Assembly: GCF_009914755.1 (NCBI RefSeq)
Contig: NC_060943.1
Length of the DNA stretch: 64,000 bases
Origin: the human T2T-CHM13v2.0 reference genome, Homo sapiens
Strand: one strand, 5' to 3'
In this document: positions 27,604-46,995 of the stretch, one piece after another
Position numbering within the stretch: the stretch's first letter is position 1
How the letters are laid out: every line of letters begins with the position of its first letter
Position numbers and translations under genes: made by a program
Notes under the pieces: model-generated
Told to the model about the DNA's origin: nothing
Databases searched by the model: none
The model's input: the letters and a program-made list of their open reading frames with translations, nothing else

Positions 27604-30600
27604 TATTCCTTATTTATAATCCTTAAATAGTGTTCCTATTCCTGAAAGATTAAAGTCGCATGAAGTAAAAGGCATTACAGCTTTTATTTTTCCTTCAAAA
27701 AATATTTTATCTAAGTGCTTATTTTTAAAGCCAGTTAATTATAACTTTTTTTGTATAACCATTACACACATAACATATATATGACTACACAGACAGAAGA
27801 AAACCCAGCAGTTGTAAGGTTTTTTTGTTTGTCAATTTTCTAATTGGATTATTGGCCTCAGGGTGGAGCTCTTTAAGAACAGGGCTAGGAAAGCATACAG
27901 TTTCTAGGGCCTAATAAACAGGCATACCTGAAAGGCAAAAAGAGATTTTGAGTGGGTTATATTCACCTCTAATTCTTGGGGTTTCATGAGGAAAAGAGAG
28001 ATGTCTCACAAAATGGAATCCTTGGCATTTTTTTTTTTTCCCCAAGGAGTCCCAGGCCATCAGAAGCTATCTAGGGCCTTTCATACATGCACTGACTGGC
28101 AAGACAAAGTGGAGAAAAGTAATTTAGTCAACTGAGAAAAAAAAAAACCTTTTCAGAAAAACAAGATCCAAGGAGAGAAAAACATAAAAATCTTTTAAAT
28201 ATATCTATAACTTGGATATCCACTTTTAATTAAGCTGAGCATTCTTTAAGAATATCCTTTTTCATTAATTAAAACTTTACAGGGAATATAAACAATGATT
28301 CTTATCATTCCTTTCACTGGTTTGCACAGGGACAGAGAGGCCAAAAGTCTGACTGTAAAAAAACTTTTATCCTTTTACCAGCATGTCTGGCTTCTGGGTT
28401 TTCTAGGGGAGTTTCTTTGAGGTCCTCCTTGGCTGCATAGGTTTGCATGACTGTTCAAAGCCATATTCAGGTTCTTCAGTTTCCTCTGGGAGGAAAGTGT
28501 CTGGGTTCAGGCAAGGACAGGTTTTTTTAACTGGACTGTAGATTCCTCTAACAGCAGAGCCTGATCTTTGAGGAGGTGATTATCTGTTGGCCAGGGACTT
28601 CTCTTAGAAGACAGCAGTTCTGCCGCATTATGTGGGTTATATACAGTTAAGTCGTTCCTCATGGTTAACTTGGTGGCCACTGACACCAGTAAAGCCACTG
28701 CTGTAACTGCTCAGAGGCAAGCTGGCCGTACTTTAGCCATCAACTCAAGCTCCTTGCTTAGGTAACCTACTGGCTGTTGAGCTGGACCTTGAGCCTGAGT
28801 TAAAACTCCCAGGGCCATTCTCTTCCTTTTTGCTACATAGAGACTGAATGTCTTTCCTATGGGAAGACTAAGGGCTGGTGCTTTAAGCAAGGCTTGTTTT
28901 AACTGGTTAAAGCCTTTTTGAGCCCCAGGTTCCCAAGTCAGGGACTGAGTTTTAGCTGCTTGCATTTCTTTTATGAGGTGGTATAAAGGGCGAGTTATCT
29001 CACTGTACCTGGGTATTCCTAGTTTGCAAAATTCAATAATGCCTAAGAATCCCTTCAGATGTTTAAGCATTTTGGGAAGGGCAAAGAGGAAATGGGCTTA
29101 ATCATTTCCTTACCTAGTGCTCTTGTTCCTTCTGACAGGACTAGATATAGGTACTTTACTGAAGTTTGAAAGAGCTGAGCCTTAAATTTTGAAACCCTAT
29201 ATCCCCTTTCAGCTAAAAAATTGAGGAGAGCCTCAGTGTCTTCCTGAGACTTTCTCAGTTGGGGCACAGAGGAGAATGTCATCTACATACTGCAAAGCTT
29301 CAACCTGAGGGTGAGAAAAATCAGAGAGATCTTTGGACATGGCCTGTTTTTGCAACTTCCTTCAGATATTAGGGGCTGCCTGAGTAATAAACTTGTCCTT
29401 TAAGATTAGCTGTCCTTCAATTGAAATGAGAGATAGAAAGGTGTGTTTCACTAAAGCTTCTCTCAGCCTTTCCAAAAAGGCTGAGGGGTTTTCATCTAGG
29501 TTTTTTTTTTTTTTATTATCTATTATGGAAAGCTTGTAGTAGTTAATAGGTTTGGCTATAGTCCTTTGTGGCTTCTCCAATATACGCATTTGAAAGAGTT
29601 TTCTTCTCCACTCACCAATGCTATTATTATGGTCACATTTAGGGTCCTTTAAGGGCACTATTACTCTCCCAATTGGATAAGGCTCTTCCCCTTCCCTGGC
29701 ACTGTATGAGACACAAAGTTCATCTCCAAATTTCTTTGCTGCCTACAGGGCCAACTGTTTCTCAGCAGCAGTTAGGGTTTGATTTAAGAGTAACCTAACA
29801 TCCTTCCAGCAGAGTTTAAATACTCTATATGTGAGTGAAGTTGGGACTTTCCTAAAGCAAACTTCAGGGTCTGACGATTAAAAGAGATCCAGGCTGCACT
29901 CGAGGAAAGTGCAGGCTTGAAGATGGGTTGTTAAGTATCTGGAAAGAGAGGGGAGAAAAGGCATACCTTAGTCCACTTCCTCCTTTTGGAGTGACCCAGG
30001 GTACAGAGAAAGGTAGAAAGGGCGTCCTCCTTCTCCTCTTTCCTCCCATCTCCTCTGGGTCCTGGTGGCCATCAATTGTGCTGCCCATGGATGCAAGCAT
30101 TACCACCCATGGATCCAGAGGAGCTAGTCAGCAGGAGTAGTCATGTTTACCTGTGAGATTCCCTAGCTCTCTACCTATCTCTGGGTATCCCAGACCTACT
30201 CGACCTAAAAGGCTCCCATGGTACCCCAGGGGCCCAGGAGGGATTGTGCAGTAATTGGATTTGAGTAAGACCATTTAATGGAAGGAGTGTCTTGACTCTG
30301 TCCCTGGCTTCTCTTACTGTGGCCCTAGCAAAGCCCTGATTTCCCAGAGAATGGGACCAATTGACTTCTAAGCATAAAATCCTCTTTTGTTTAAATGCCA
30401 ATGTAGTTGTGTTTAGGACAGGTGCCTCAAAAAATATAAGGATTAAATGGCTGTCCTACCTTCGATGAGGACAGTACTGAGCCTAGAATTTGTCTCTCAA
30501 GGGCAGCTTCCTCCTGACTATTGAAAGTGGAGTTTTCCTGCCTACAAATAGGGCATGAGGTCTGATCACTTATAGAGGGATGCAGGAGGAAAAAGAGTTG

Positions 30601-31590
30601 GGGAACTAGAGGTTTTGGGAAAAGGGTCAATATGGCCCCCCAACACAGAAAAATCCTATTTTGCTAGGTGTTGTGGCAATAACTGAAATGTTAGGTAAAA
30701 ACTGTGACTCCAAATTCTTTCTAGGCAGAGAGGTGTGGGGCTTGGTGGGCTGTCCCCACAATATGCCTCCCAGCAAAAATACAATTTGTCTCATGGAGGA
30801 ACTGTTTAAATTCACTGGCAGTGCTGAGCTTTTATGTGGAGGAATAAAACAACCCAAATGGAGAGGAGGGTATTCACTCAGGTTGAAATATCCTCCTATA
30901 GAGTGCCATGAATGACTATCATTGGGGAACAAAAAAGCCCTTACTAGGTGAAAGTTTAGTTCAGTTTAGTTTAGTTTAGTTGAAAGTTTAGTTGAAATCT
31001 TGAAATCCCCCCATCTCAAGGAAATCACAGAAGCAGCAATTCTTAGAGTTACATTCCTGGTTACTAAGGCACTTGCTAACTTTACCCAACAAGGTTATCT
31101 CCCCAGGCTGTAAAAACTCCCTCAACATAGCATACAAAGAAGGGATAGGAGACATGAGAGCTGCAAAAAAGAAAAGAAAGGAAGAAAATGTGATAGGAAA
31201 GTCTGGAAGTCCTGGTGGGCTGTTGGGGACTGGAGTTAGTCCAGGAGTCTTCAGGTAACACCAAGGTGCAGCCTCCGCCAGATGCCTTCAGTTGCCCCAG
31301 GACCTTCTTCCAGCCCCACATGATGGCTAGATCTTCTGTGAAAGGGAGCTAGGTTGGAACAGAGCCAACATTCCCAACACCCAAGAGTGATGGGGGATTG
31401 ATAAAGTCCTCTCCATCAAGCCTGTCCCCTGAATCTTGTAAGGCTGGCAGCCACTCTAGAAGCTTTTAATAGGCTGACAGGGGCCCAGTGTTTTGTTTGA
31501 TCTTACAAGAAAAAAACAGAGGATAAGGAGCCTTGGAAATGAAAGTACAGTGTTGGAGGTCCTCTCCTACTCATCTTTCTGATGTTTCCT

Positions 31591-31608
31591 TTCCTGGCCA
31601 ATGCACCA
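31591..31608 (-). other. Retroviral primer-binding site, tRNA-Gly
   Basis: TGGTGCATTGGCCAGGAA vs the tRNA-Gly complement TGGTGCATTGGCCGGGAA (17/18), directly after the LTR end ...GCAACA. Confidence 0.85.
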
Positions 31609-31715
31609 GTGTTGCATTCTTGTTATCTGAGGTATTACTCAGAGTATTATCTGCTTATTCTACTGAGTAACATTTCTGCAGTTTGCAGCAAAACCCTTAA
31701 TATTATAAAAGAAGT

Positions 31716-37852
<6,137 letters not shown>

Positions 37853-37854
37853 GA

Positions 37855-38016
37855 GAAATTTGTAAACTTTCTTAGAACATTATGAGTTTTTTTTTTTTAC
37901 AATTTTTTTTTTTTTAGCTCATCATTCTATCGTTAGTCTTAGTATATTTTATCTGTGGCCCAAGACTATTCTTCTTCCACTGTGGGCCAGGGAAGCCAAA
38001 AGATTGGACACCTCTG
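37855..38016 (-). mobile_element. MER30 (hAT-Charlie) fragment, cut by the L1 3' end
   Basis: tttgtaaactttcttagaacattatgag...tggcccaagac...gggaagccaaaagattggacacc matches MER30 antisense. Confidence 0.8.
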
Positions 38017-38019
38017 GTT

Positions 38020-40380
38020 TACAGGGTAGATAATGAATATTTCTATAAAAATTGTATTTCTATGTACTAACAATGACTAATTTAAAATTGAAATTTAAGA
38101 GTACTTTTTACAAGAGCATACAACATATACTTGAGACATATAAGATTTGCAGGATATATACACTGAAAACTATAAAAGATTGCGGAGAAAAATTAAAGAT
38201 CTAAATAAAGGGAGAGATATGCCACGTTTATGGGTTACAACACTCAATATTGTTAACGTTAAAATTCTCTTCAAATTGATATACATATATTCAATGCAAT
38301 CCCAATCAAAATCCACAATACTTTTATTAGAAAATGACAACTAAATTCTAAAATTCATATGGAAATGCGAAGAACTTAGAAAAGCCAAAAACAAAACAAA
38401 ATAAAAACAGAAAAAATTTGAAAAGAAGTACAAAGTTAAAGGAATACATTGCCTGATTTAAAGACATAGTGTAAAATTATGTTAAATAAGACTTTAAAAT
38501 ATTAGCAAAAATACAGATTAAGGAAGTGCAGAAATAGACCAACAAATATAAGATCAAATAATTTTAAAGAAAGGTGCAAAGGCAACTCACTGAAGATCGT
38601 GTTTTAAAGAAATGTTGTTGAATGAACTGGACATCTGTATTAAAACAAAAACCAAAAAACAACACTGTAAAGCTGTGACCCCAAACCTCACATGGTATAC
38701 AATATTCAAGAACTACCTCAAAATGGATTATAAACCTAAAAGTACAAAACTTTAATTAAGTAACATGAGATAATTTCTTAAATCTTGGCAAATACTTCTG
38801 AGATATGTACCAAAAATATGTTCAATCAAAGGAAAAATAACACATTCAACTTTGTCAACAGTAAAATTTTCTGCTATAGGACAGACTGTTAAGATGAAGG
38901 TAAAAAAGATCCATAGGCTAGAAGACTATACTGGCAAATCACATATCTGAAGGAGGACTTGTATTCAATACTTATTAAGAACCCTCAAAACTCAATAATA
39001 AAGAAAAAAGTTTAAATGGGCAAAAGATTTGAACACTTAAAAGTCCAAAGAAGACAGAGGGATGGCAGTAGTACACATAAAAATTGTAAACATTAGTCAT
39101 TAGGGGGATACAAAGTAAAATCACAGAGAAATACCACTACACACCAAATGAGAATGGTGAAAATTAAACACTGACCATACCAAGTGTTGGTGAGGACATG
39201 GAGTTCCTGAAATCCTCGTAACACTGTGGAGAGAATATAAAATAGTATAACCACTTTGGAACACAATTTGTCAGTTTGAAAAAGGTAAACATCCACTTAC
39301 CCTGTAAGTTGGTGTGCTTATGCTTATTTTCTGTATTTTATGGTGACATCTTTAAAAGTTTGCTGGCTCTGGAGAGACTGCCCCTCCCAGGGCTAGCCCT
39401 TTCTTAGAGATGGCAAAAGCCTTGACCCAGAGCACCTCTCTCATATACAGCCAACCAGTCTAGAGTCTACAGCCCCAATTACCTCTTTATCCAACTCTCA
39501 CACCCCACGCCAGTATCTCTCCTGCACTAAAGCACCCCAGGACCAAGTACCAGGTAACCAGAGACCAACCCTGTAGGCCAAAGCCTGCTGAAATTATGCA
39601 AACTAGCTAATCACAAGCTGCTTACTCTGCCCTGCCTGGTCTTTTCCATGGAAACCCCAATAAAGGCTGTGGCCTATGTTTTCCCCTTGCTCCTGCCTCC
39701 TGACCAACACTGGTGCTTTCCATGTGGCCCTCTGTGGCACGATGCCTTTCCTTCTCTTGGAAAATGTGAATGGTGAATTATTTCAATGGCACTGGCTTCT
39801 CTGTGTTGTCACTTAGTCACCTGTATAAATTAACATCCCACAGGTAGAAATGAAACACTCAGTCCTGTTACTCCTAGGTATTAACATATAAGAAAGACTA
39901 GTACATGAATGTTGATAGCAGCTTTATTTGTAATAGCCCCAAACTAGAAGCAATCCAAATGTCCTTTAACAAATGAGCAGCAAAATTGTGGAGTATCTAT
40001 ATAAAGCTATACACGAGTCTGTAATAAAACAATGAAGTGTTGACACATGCAACATGGAGGAATCTCAAAATAATTATGCTGAGTGAGAAAAAAGCAAAAA
40101 ACAGCATTTTGTTATTCCATTTATGTAAAGTTTTAGAAAAAGAAAATAAGTCTACAGCAAAAGACAGTAAATCAATGTTTGTGGGAATGGGGTGCCAGGG
40201 AGGGAGGGAAAGAGGGATTTTAAAGGGGGCTGAGATGACTTTGCAGGTGATGAATCTGCTCATTATCATGATTATGGAGATGGTTTCCTGGGTGTACACA
40301 TTAGATAACACTTAATACATTTACATTTTAAATATGCACAGTTTACTGCGCAACAATATCTCAATAGAGCTTTAAAAAAA
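38020..40380 (+). mobile_element. Old L1M(C/D/E) ORF2 3' part and 3'UTR
   Basis: Degenerate ORF2 (QDIYTENYKRL...) and an A-rich 3' end; interrupted by an LTR. Confidence 0.75.
39303..39857 (+). mobile_element. Solo LTR (LTR47-like, tentative)
   Basis: TG...CA bounded insert in the L1, with AATAAA near 39659 and the motif ggagagactgcccctcccagggctagcc. Confidence 0.65.
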
Positions 40381-41199
40381 TGGCTCCACATAAAAAATCT
40401 GGGTCTCCTGCTTCTCTTGAAAAACCAGAAAATTTAGTACATATATAAGGGACTCCATAACTATTCTCATTCTTTGGAAGGGACAGCCCTGCTTCAATGG
40501 GAGCAAAGACTAGCGAGCAATAAAGCTTGTTTGTGAGTCACAGAAGTCACATGCCTAGACTCTGATCTCTCCTCTCTGTCCCGTTTCTTGCTTGTGTAGC
40601 AATGGCCTAGAGGTGAACAGCCACAACAGCCTCAGCAATCCAGAACACATTCAGATTATTTGCTCTGCCATTGACCTTGTGCACAGGAGACTAAATCTGG
40701 AAGTCCTGAAAATATCTGTGTACCCTCATGCCTCACAGCTATAGCACACTCTGGAAGCATGTTTAGATGGGGCACATACCCTCTATTTTGTTGCCCTGAG
40801 CTCTATGAATCACATGCAGTATGTGAATGTAATTATGGTGGTCTGCAATGGCCTCAGCCCACTCATGATTTCCTCCAGGGAAGCGGAGGGAGTACAGAGG
40901 TCTGCCTTCACTGAGCACCCTGGGTAACCTAAGGTACACTTGCCAGCTGGTAGAGGTGAAATGGCTTCTCCCACAGGTACTGGCAGTGACAGAACTCAGG
41001 TAAGAGCCTTGGGCAGGTTAGAAAGTGCAATGCAACTCCTGAAAGCTTCCCACCTACCTGGCACTCACACGGAATCTCTCCAGCATGGATGTCCAGATGT
41101 GAGATTAACTTTTGGCTGATTGATAGCTACTACACAAAGGCTACTTTCAGAGCTTCTGTCCGGTGTCACCCACTATGTGGACCAAGCAGACAGCATCCT

Positions 41200-44131
41200 C
41201 CCTGCGTTCCAAGGCCTTCCTCCAGGGTGAACTTTCTGGCACCACATAGGCTGTTGGTTTAAGCCTTTTCTCCAGTGTGATTTTTTTTTTATATTTAATG
41301 AGGTTGGACTTGTGGCTAAATAATTTCCTACATTCACTACACTCATAAGGTCTTTTTCTAGTATGGACTCTCAGGTGTTGAACAAGTATAGATTTAACAC
41401 TGAAGGCTTTCCCACATTCGCTGCACACATAGGGCCTTTCACCAGTGTGAACTCTCTGGTGTAAAATGAGGCTGGATCTTTGGCTAAAAGATTTCCCACA
41501 TTCTGTGCACTCACAGCCTTTCACCAGTGTGAACTCTCTGATGTGCAGTAAGGCCAGAGATTTGGCTAAAAACCTTCCCACATTCAGTGCACTTATAAGG
41601 CCTTTCTCCAGTGTGGATTCTCCAATGCCGAGCAAGTGTGATTTTGCAGCTGAAGCATTTCCCACATTCACTACACTTATAAGGCTTTGCCCCAGTGTGA
41701 ATTCTCTGGTGTTCAATAAGGCCATAGCTTTGTCTAAAGGATTTCCCACATTCACTGCATTCATAAGGCCTGGCTCCACTGGGAACTCTCGGGTGTATAA
41801 TCATGCTGGAATTCTGGCTAAATAATTTCGCACATTTGCTGCACTCCAGTGTGGACTTTCTCCAGTGTGGACTCTCTGGTGCTGAATGAGTGTGTGTTTG
41901 CTGCTATAGGCTTTCCCACATTCACTGCATCTGTAAGCCCTTTCTCCAGTGTGAAGGTTTTTATGCCTAACAAGGTGGGTGCTTCTGCTGTAGGCTTTTC
42001 CACATTCACTGCACCCATAAGGCCTCTCTCCAGCGTGAACTTTCTTGTGTTGAACAAGATGGGAGCTTTTTCTGTAGGCTTTCCCACATTCGCTGCACCC
42101 GTAAGGCTTTAAACCCATGTGAACTCTCTGGTGTACAGTAAGGCTAGAGTTATGACTGAAGAATTTCCCACATTCACTGCATTTGTAAGGTCTTTCTCTG
42201 CTGTGGACTCTCTGGTGCTCACAAAGCCTATTTCTGTGGCTAAAGGCTTTCCCACATTCACTGCACCTGTGATACCCTTCTCCAATGTGAAAGGCCTCCT
42301 TGCACTCAGTATTTCTGGGTGAATTCTGGGTCTGGTACTGGAGAAGGCCTGACCTGGGCAGGAGGTCCTTCTCACAGTACCCACATGTGAAGGGATTCAC
42401 TGACATGTAGACTCTGCAGTTCTTAACAAAGCCCTATCCTTATCTCTGCTGAGGCATTTCTCTCCACTGTGCTGCCTCTGGTGCTAGGGGGTGTCTGTAC
42501 TGACCCAGAATTGTCTCCCACATGCCCCCCGTGTGTGCAGTTTGTGCCCGGGGTGTATTCCCTGATGCTCAGCCAAGAGCAAAATGTCTTTCATGATTGG
42601 ACCACAAATCCCACAAGGGGAGGCTTTCTGGGCAGCTGGACCTGCCTTAGGAGCCCTGACCTGTGACACTCCTTGAGAAGATGGCTCCTCATCCTCCATT
42701 AGAAACCAACAACCTGAAAGCAAAGAAATATTGAAGTATACATACAGCCTGGTGGGATCTACTGGGTTCATTGCAAGACTCCTGGTCTAGGACTGACTTT
42801 CGTGGGAGAGGCAGCCCTATCACAGTGTGTGTCTTACAAATGCAGGAACAAGTACACAGGACTCTTGGGGGGCTACGGGGGTTACAGGTGACAAAGAGTC
42901 TACTGTGCTAAGCCTGGCATCATGATACAATGGGGAGGTCTAGGGAGGAGCAAGGGCACAGCGATGGGATGCAGCCCAGGAAGGAGAGGCTGCATCTCCC
43001 TCTCACTTCTCTGCAATGGCTTTTAGCAGGAGCTTGTCTGCTGGTGACACAGGAGCACTGAACAAAAGGGTGTGTCCAGACTCAGGAAAACCAACTGCAA
43101 CTGAGTAGCTGTTCAAGAACTACTTAGGCTATGTGAACATCTCACAAAACATTATGTGTAGCTCAGGGTTAGAGAACACTGCAGAGGGAACAGTGGAAAG
43201 GAAGGGGTGAGACCTGGAAATCAGAGAGGTGGGAGTCGGCCCTGGCCAGATTCAGTGTAGGAAAGAGAAATGGGCAAAATGTCAAGAATGCAAAACATAG
43301 AAAAGAGTTATGGCCCCTGCCCTTGGTATAAAAACAATGATGGACACTGGCAAGGTTGCTGGAATCATGAGAACCCAGCCCTGACGTTAAGCCATCCCTC
43401 ACTTCCCACTTACCAGAGCCAGTCCCCCCCAGAGTCCCTCCTCCCATAGCTTTGTCAGGCATCCATGTCTCTTCCTCCAGCCCCAAGTGGACAACTACCT
43501 GAGTCTGGGAAGATGCAAGGCCTAAGGGAAAGACAAGACAGGTGAGTGGACAGCAGGAGCGCAGAGTAACCCACCCCATGACAGACCCCAGGAAAGAAAA
43601 CTAGTATTACAAAAAGAGCCTCAGAAGAAGATCCCATAGGAACAGCCCAGTGGTCCCTGCAAATAGTAACCACATTGGTCCTGCAATTCCCAGCACAGTG
43701 AGGCATGAGGAAATGCCACCAGGAGGGAAGGGGGCAGAATTGGGGGCAGAGAGGTACAATGATTCTGCATAGTCACTCTGCCAGGGCGAGGCCAAGCCTG
43801 GTGGGATCTATTGGGTTCACTGCAAGACTCCTGGCCCCCATCTCCTTCCCTGCAAGGCCTTAGGGCACCAGGTAGTGGGGCTGCCTGGGGAGGGGACAGA
43901 GAATGCACTCAGTCCAGCCCTGGCACCCACAGCATCTATGCAAGAAAAGCTAGGAAGGGAGCAATGTCCACAGCCTGGCTGTGGGAAGGAAACAGCAGCT
44001 CCTGGAAAAAAGCGGAAGCAAAGAGCCCAGCCTGGGATGCTGAGGTATGAGGGACTTACCCAGCGAGGCCACAAGTGCAAAGTTCTCCAGCATCACATCG
44101 CAGACAGACACCGGGTCCATCGTGAGTCCCT
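41200..44131 (-). pseudogene. Unprocessed KRAB-C2H2 zinc-finger pseudogene (ZNF792/ZNF547-ZNF548-like clade): partial KRAB-A exon (to 44060), KRAB-B-like exon 43521-43414, finger exon from 42713 with ~12 fingers
   Basis: CDVMLENFALVASLG|gtaagt; ttag|GLASSQTQVVVHLGLEEETWMP...G|gtaagt; ttcag|GCWFLMEDEEPSSQGVSQVRAPKAGP...CGPIMKDILLLAEHQG; tandem CSECGK...[11 protein letters not shown] fingers. In-frame TAG at 42484-42486 and at least two frameshifts in the finger array. Confidence 0.92.
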
Positions 44132-44750
44132 CGAGCTTCAATTCTTAAAAGTGCTACACTCCACAACTCATCATGAGACAGGCAAAATCATAAAAAAAAA
44201 ATGGCTGGGTGATTTTTCTAAAATTGTTAAAATGGTTGATAATAAATATTTTGTGTTATTTATTTATATTGTTTTTATTTTTTCCTGATCAGATCTATAA
44301 GGCAAAAACTCTCTCTAGAGAGGAAAATAATGAATGTTTGGTTTGTCAAACCCGTAATTCTGGAAAGGCAATTAAAATTTCAGGTGGGAATACACCACCC
44401 GATGGGCTATTTAAAAATTGACAGATGGATTTCTCTCAATTGCCAACTTCAATGGCATATCAGTATGTTCTCTTAAGAGTTTGAATGTTTTCTGGTTGGG
44501 TAGAGGTAGGTAAGCTGAGGCTGTGACAGTAGTTTAAAAAGTCATTAGAAAGTTATTAGAAAATGTGTTCCCTTGCTGGGGCATCCCTGGAGAAATCCCC
44601 AGTGATAAAGGGAGACCATTTTACTTGACAAGTTATAAAGTAGTTATATAACATAAGATGTCATGGACACAGTGGCATTAACACTGTCCTTATCACCCTC
44701 AGTCTTCTGGAAAGGTCAAAAGGACAAATGGCATTTTGAAACTGAAATTG

Positions 44751-45125
<375 letters not shown>

Positions 45126-46703
45126 TCATTGAATTGATTATATTTCCACGGCCAACTGTATTACCATTGGCCTTGATAGCAATCAGATTCATCCCCACCA
45201 GAAAGCATAAATTGGCCCCTGATAAAATAGTCACTGGAAAGTTTATGCCCCTAATAATAGAATTTCACTCTCTTAAACTCTGATATGACTAAATACTTCA
45301 AAGGTTTAATGCCAAAATATATTATCACCAGGTAAAGGAAGCTTTTCATGATCCACCAATGAGAACAATCAAGCCCTGCATGATTTGGAATCTGGAGATT
45401 GGGTCTTCTGGAAATGATATCAGAGGAAGATTGCCCTTAAACCCCAATAAAAGGGACCATATCAAGTTCTTCTTCCCACCCAAATTGCAGTAAAACTTCA
45501 GGGTTGCAAACCTTAGATCTACATCACACAATTCAAAGGGACCTCTGCAGACTCTTGAAGTTTTTCTCCAGAAGCAGACAGCATCTTACATATGTACAGC
45601 TCTCCTAAGACCATGGGCCAAGACTTACCTCCATCCTGAAAGCCGTATCCTTTTACTTTTTTTCCCCTAATTTTCTTCTGCCCCAATTATTTCCTTTTCC
45701 TTACAGGAAAATCCATGGGACCATAATCTGTGGATAGCTTTACCTAAGGCTTATTCTGTAGCAAAAAACTTGAGTAATCCTTGGGCTTGTGGGTTAATGC
45801 CAAAAACTCAAGAAGCAATTTCACAAATGCCAATGCCTCCCTGTGTTCCCAATTCACCCTGACGCTCCAAAGGAAGAACAGAAAGCTATCTTGATATTCT
45901 AGACATCACTACCACTTGTTTTCCTACACTTGCTGGAAACAATATCCTAACCTTTCCAATTAGTAACCTAATCACTACCAAATATAGAAAACACATTCGA
46001 GTGATGCCTGCAAAAGATGTATTATGCTTCCAGGCATCACATACTCAAGATCTGGGGACTATGTATGCAGGCTATTCGTGCATAGTATCATAAGTAATTG
46101 CTATATAATGTCACCAGAACAAATCCAGTAGGGTCCTTCTTCATGTGGTTATACACCTTAACAGCATGCTGTAAAGGGACCACAAAGAATTTTCCCACTG
46201 AACTTTGTTCAGGAGCCATCAGGCTTACAGGTCAAATTTAACTTACTTCTGCTCAAACACCACCAGGAGGCGCTCTTTTCCAATGCTTGAGGACCTATCT
46301 TGGGTCCGCAGAGAATTTGCTTACCCTTTCTTCCTCTTCACTGGTTTAGATCTTGCTCTTTGATGGGTCTCACTCCTGCCTTTTGAATAGTTTCCTCTGA
46401 CAGTTCCCATAATACCTTCCATAATCAGAGGCCAAAACAGTAAACAAAATGATCATCGGCCTTGAAAGAGACTAAGATAAGCTAGTTTCTACTGAGGAAA
46501 GGTTCCAGTGGGGTTCCTGAGGGCTTGCTCTTGGTGGTAGTAGGGTGCTGGTAGTGTGGAATTCAGAACAGATCCATAAATTGGGGAAAATCTTGGACTT
46601 TATGGCCAACCAAACCTTCCAGTGGTTCAGTAGAAGCCACCCTCCAAAAGGTAGATGATAACCTATGCATCTAACAAAACACTTAATAGAATATCATGCA
46701 GCT

Positions 46704-46995
46704 TAATTTATTTGAGATAAGGTCTTGCTGTGTCACCCAGGTGGGAATACAGTGGGGCTCACTGCAGCCTCGACCTCCTGGACTCAAGGGATCCCCCCAC
46801 CTCAGCCTCCTGAGTATCTGGGATCACAGGTGTGCACCAGACCTGGCTAATTTTTAATTTCTCTTTTTTTTTTTAAATAGAGACAGGGTCTCCCTATGTT
46901 GCCCAGGCTGGTCTCAAACTCCTGGGCTCAAGTGATCCTCTCATCTTGGCCTCCCAAAGTACTGGGATTACAGGTGTGAGCCCCTGCACCCAGCC
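46704..46995 (-). mobile_element. AluJ element
   Basis: Dimeric Alu with J diagnostics (cctgggctcaag) and TSD TCATGCAGCTT. Confidence 0.92.

Larger units (their letters stand above)
24810..31715 (-). mobile_element. Decayed ERV1 (gamma-like, HUERS-P3/HERV9-related) provirus: partial 5'LTR, PBS, leader, gag and pol relics, AT-rich 3' region
   Basis: gag CA motif DENPSAFLERLREALVKHT...LILKDKFITQAAP (29362-29658); RT YVDD near 29280-29290; FLGI...RPLY...ALLKAPALSLP...PVGYLSKEL (28711-29070); PBS at 31591-31608. Confidence 0.88.

Noticed and set aside
41466-42322. Plus-strand FPTFTA-repeat ORFs
   Set aside because: These are antisense shadows of the zinc-finger repeats.
41147-42406. Zinc-finger ORFs as a functional ZNF gene
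   Set aside because: There is an upstream in-frame TAG (42484), frameshifts split the array, and the KRAB-A exon is truncated.
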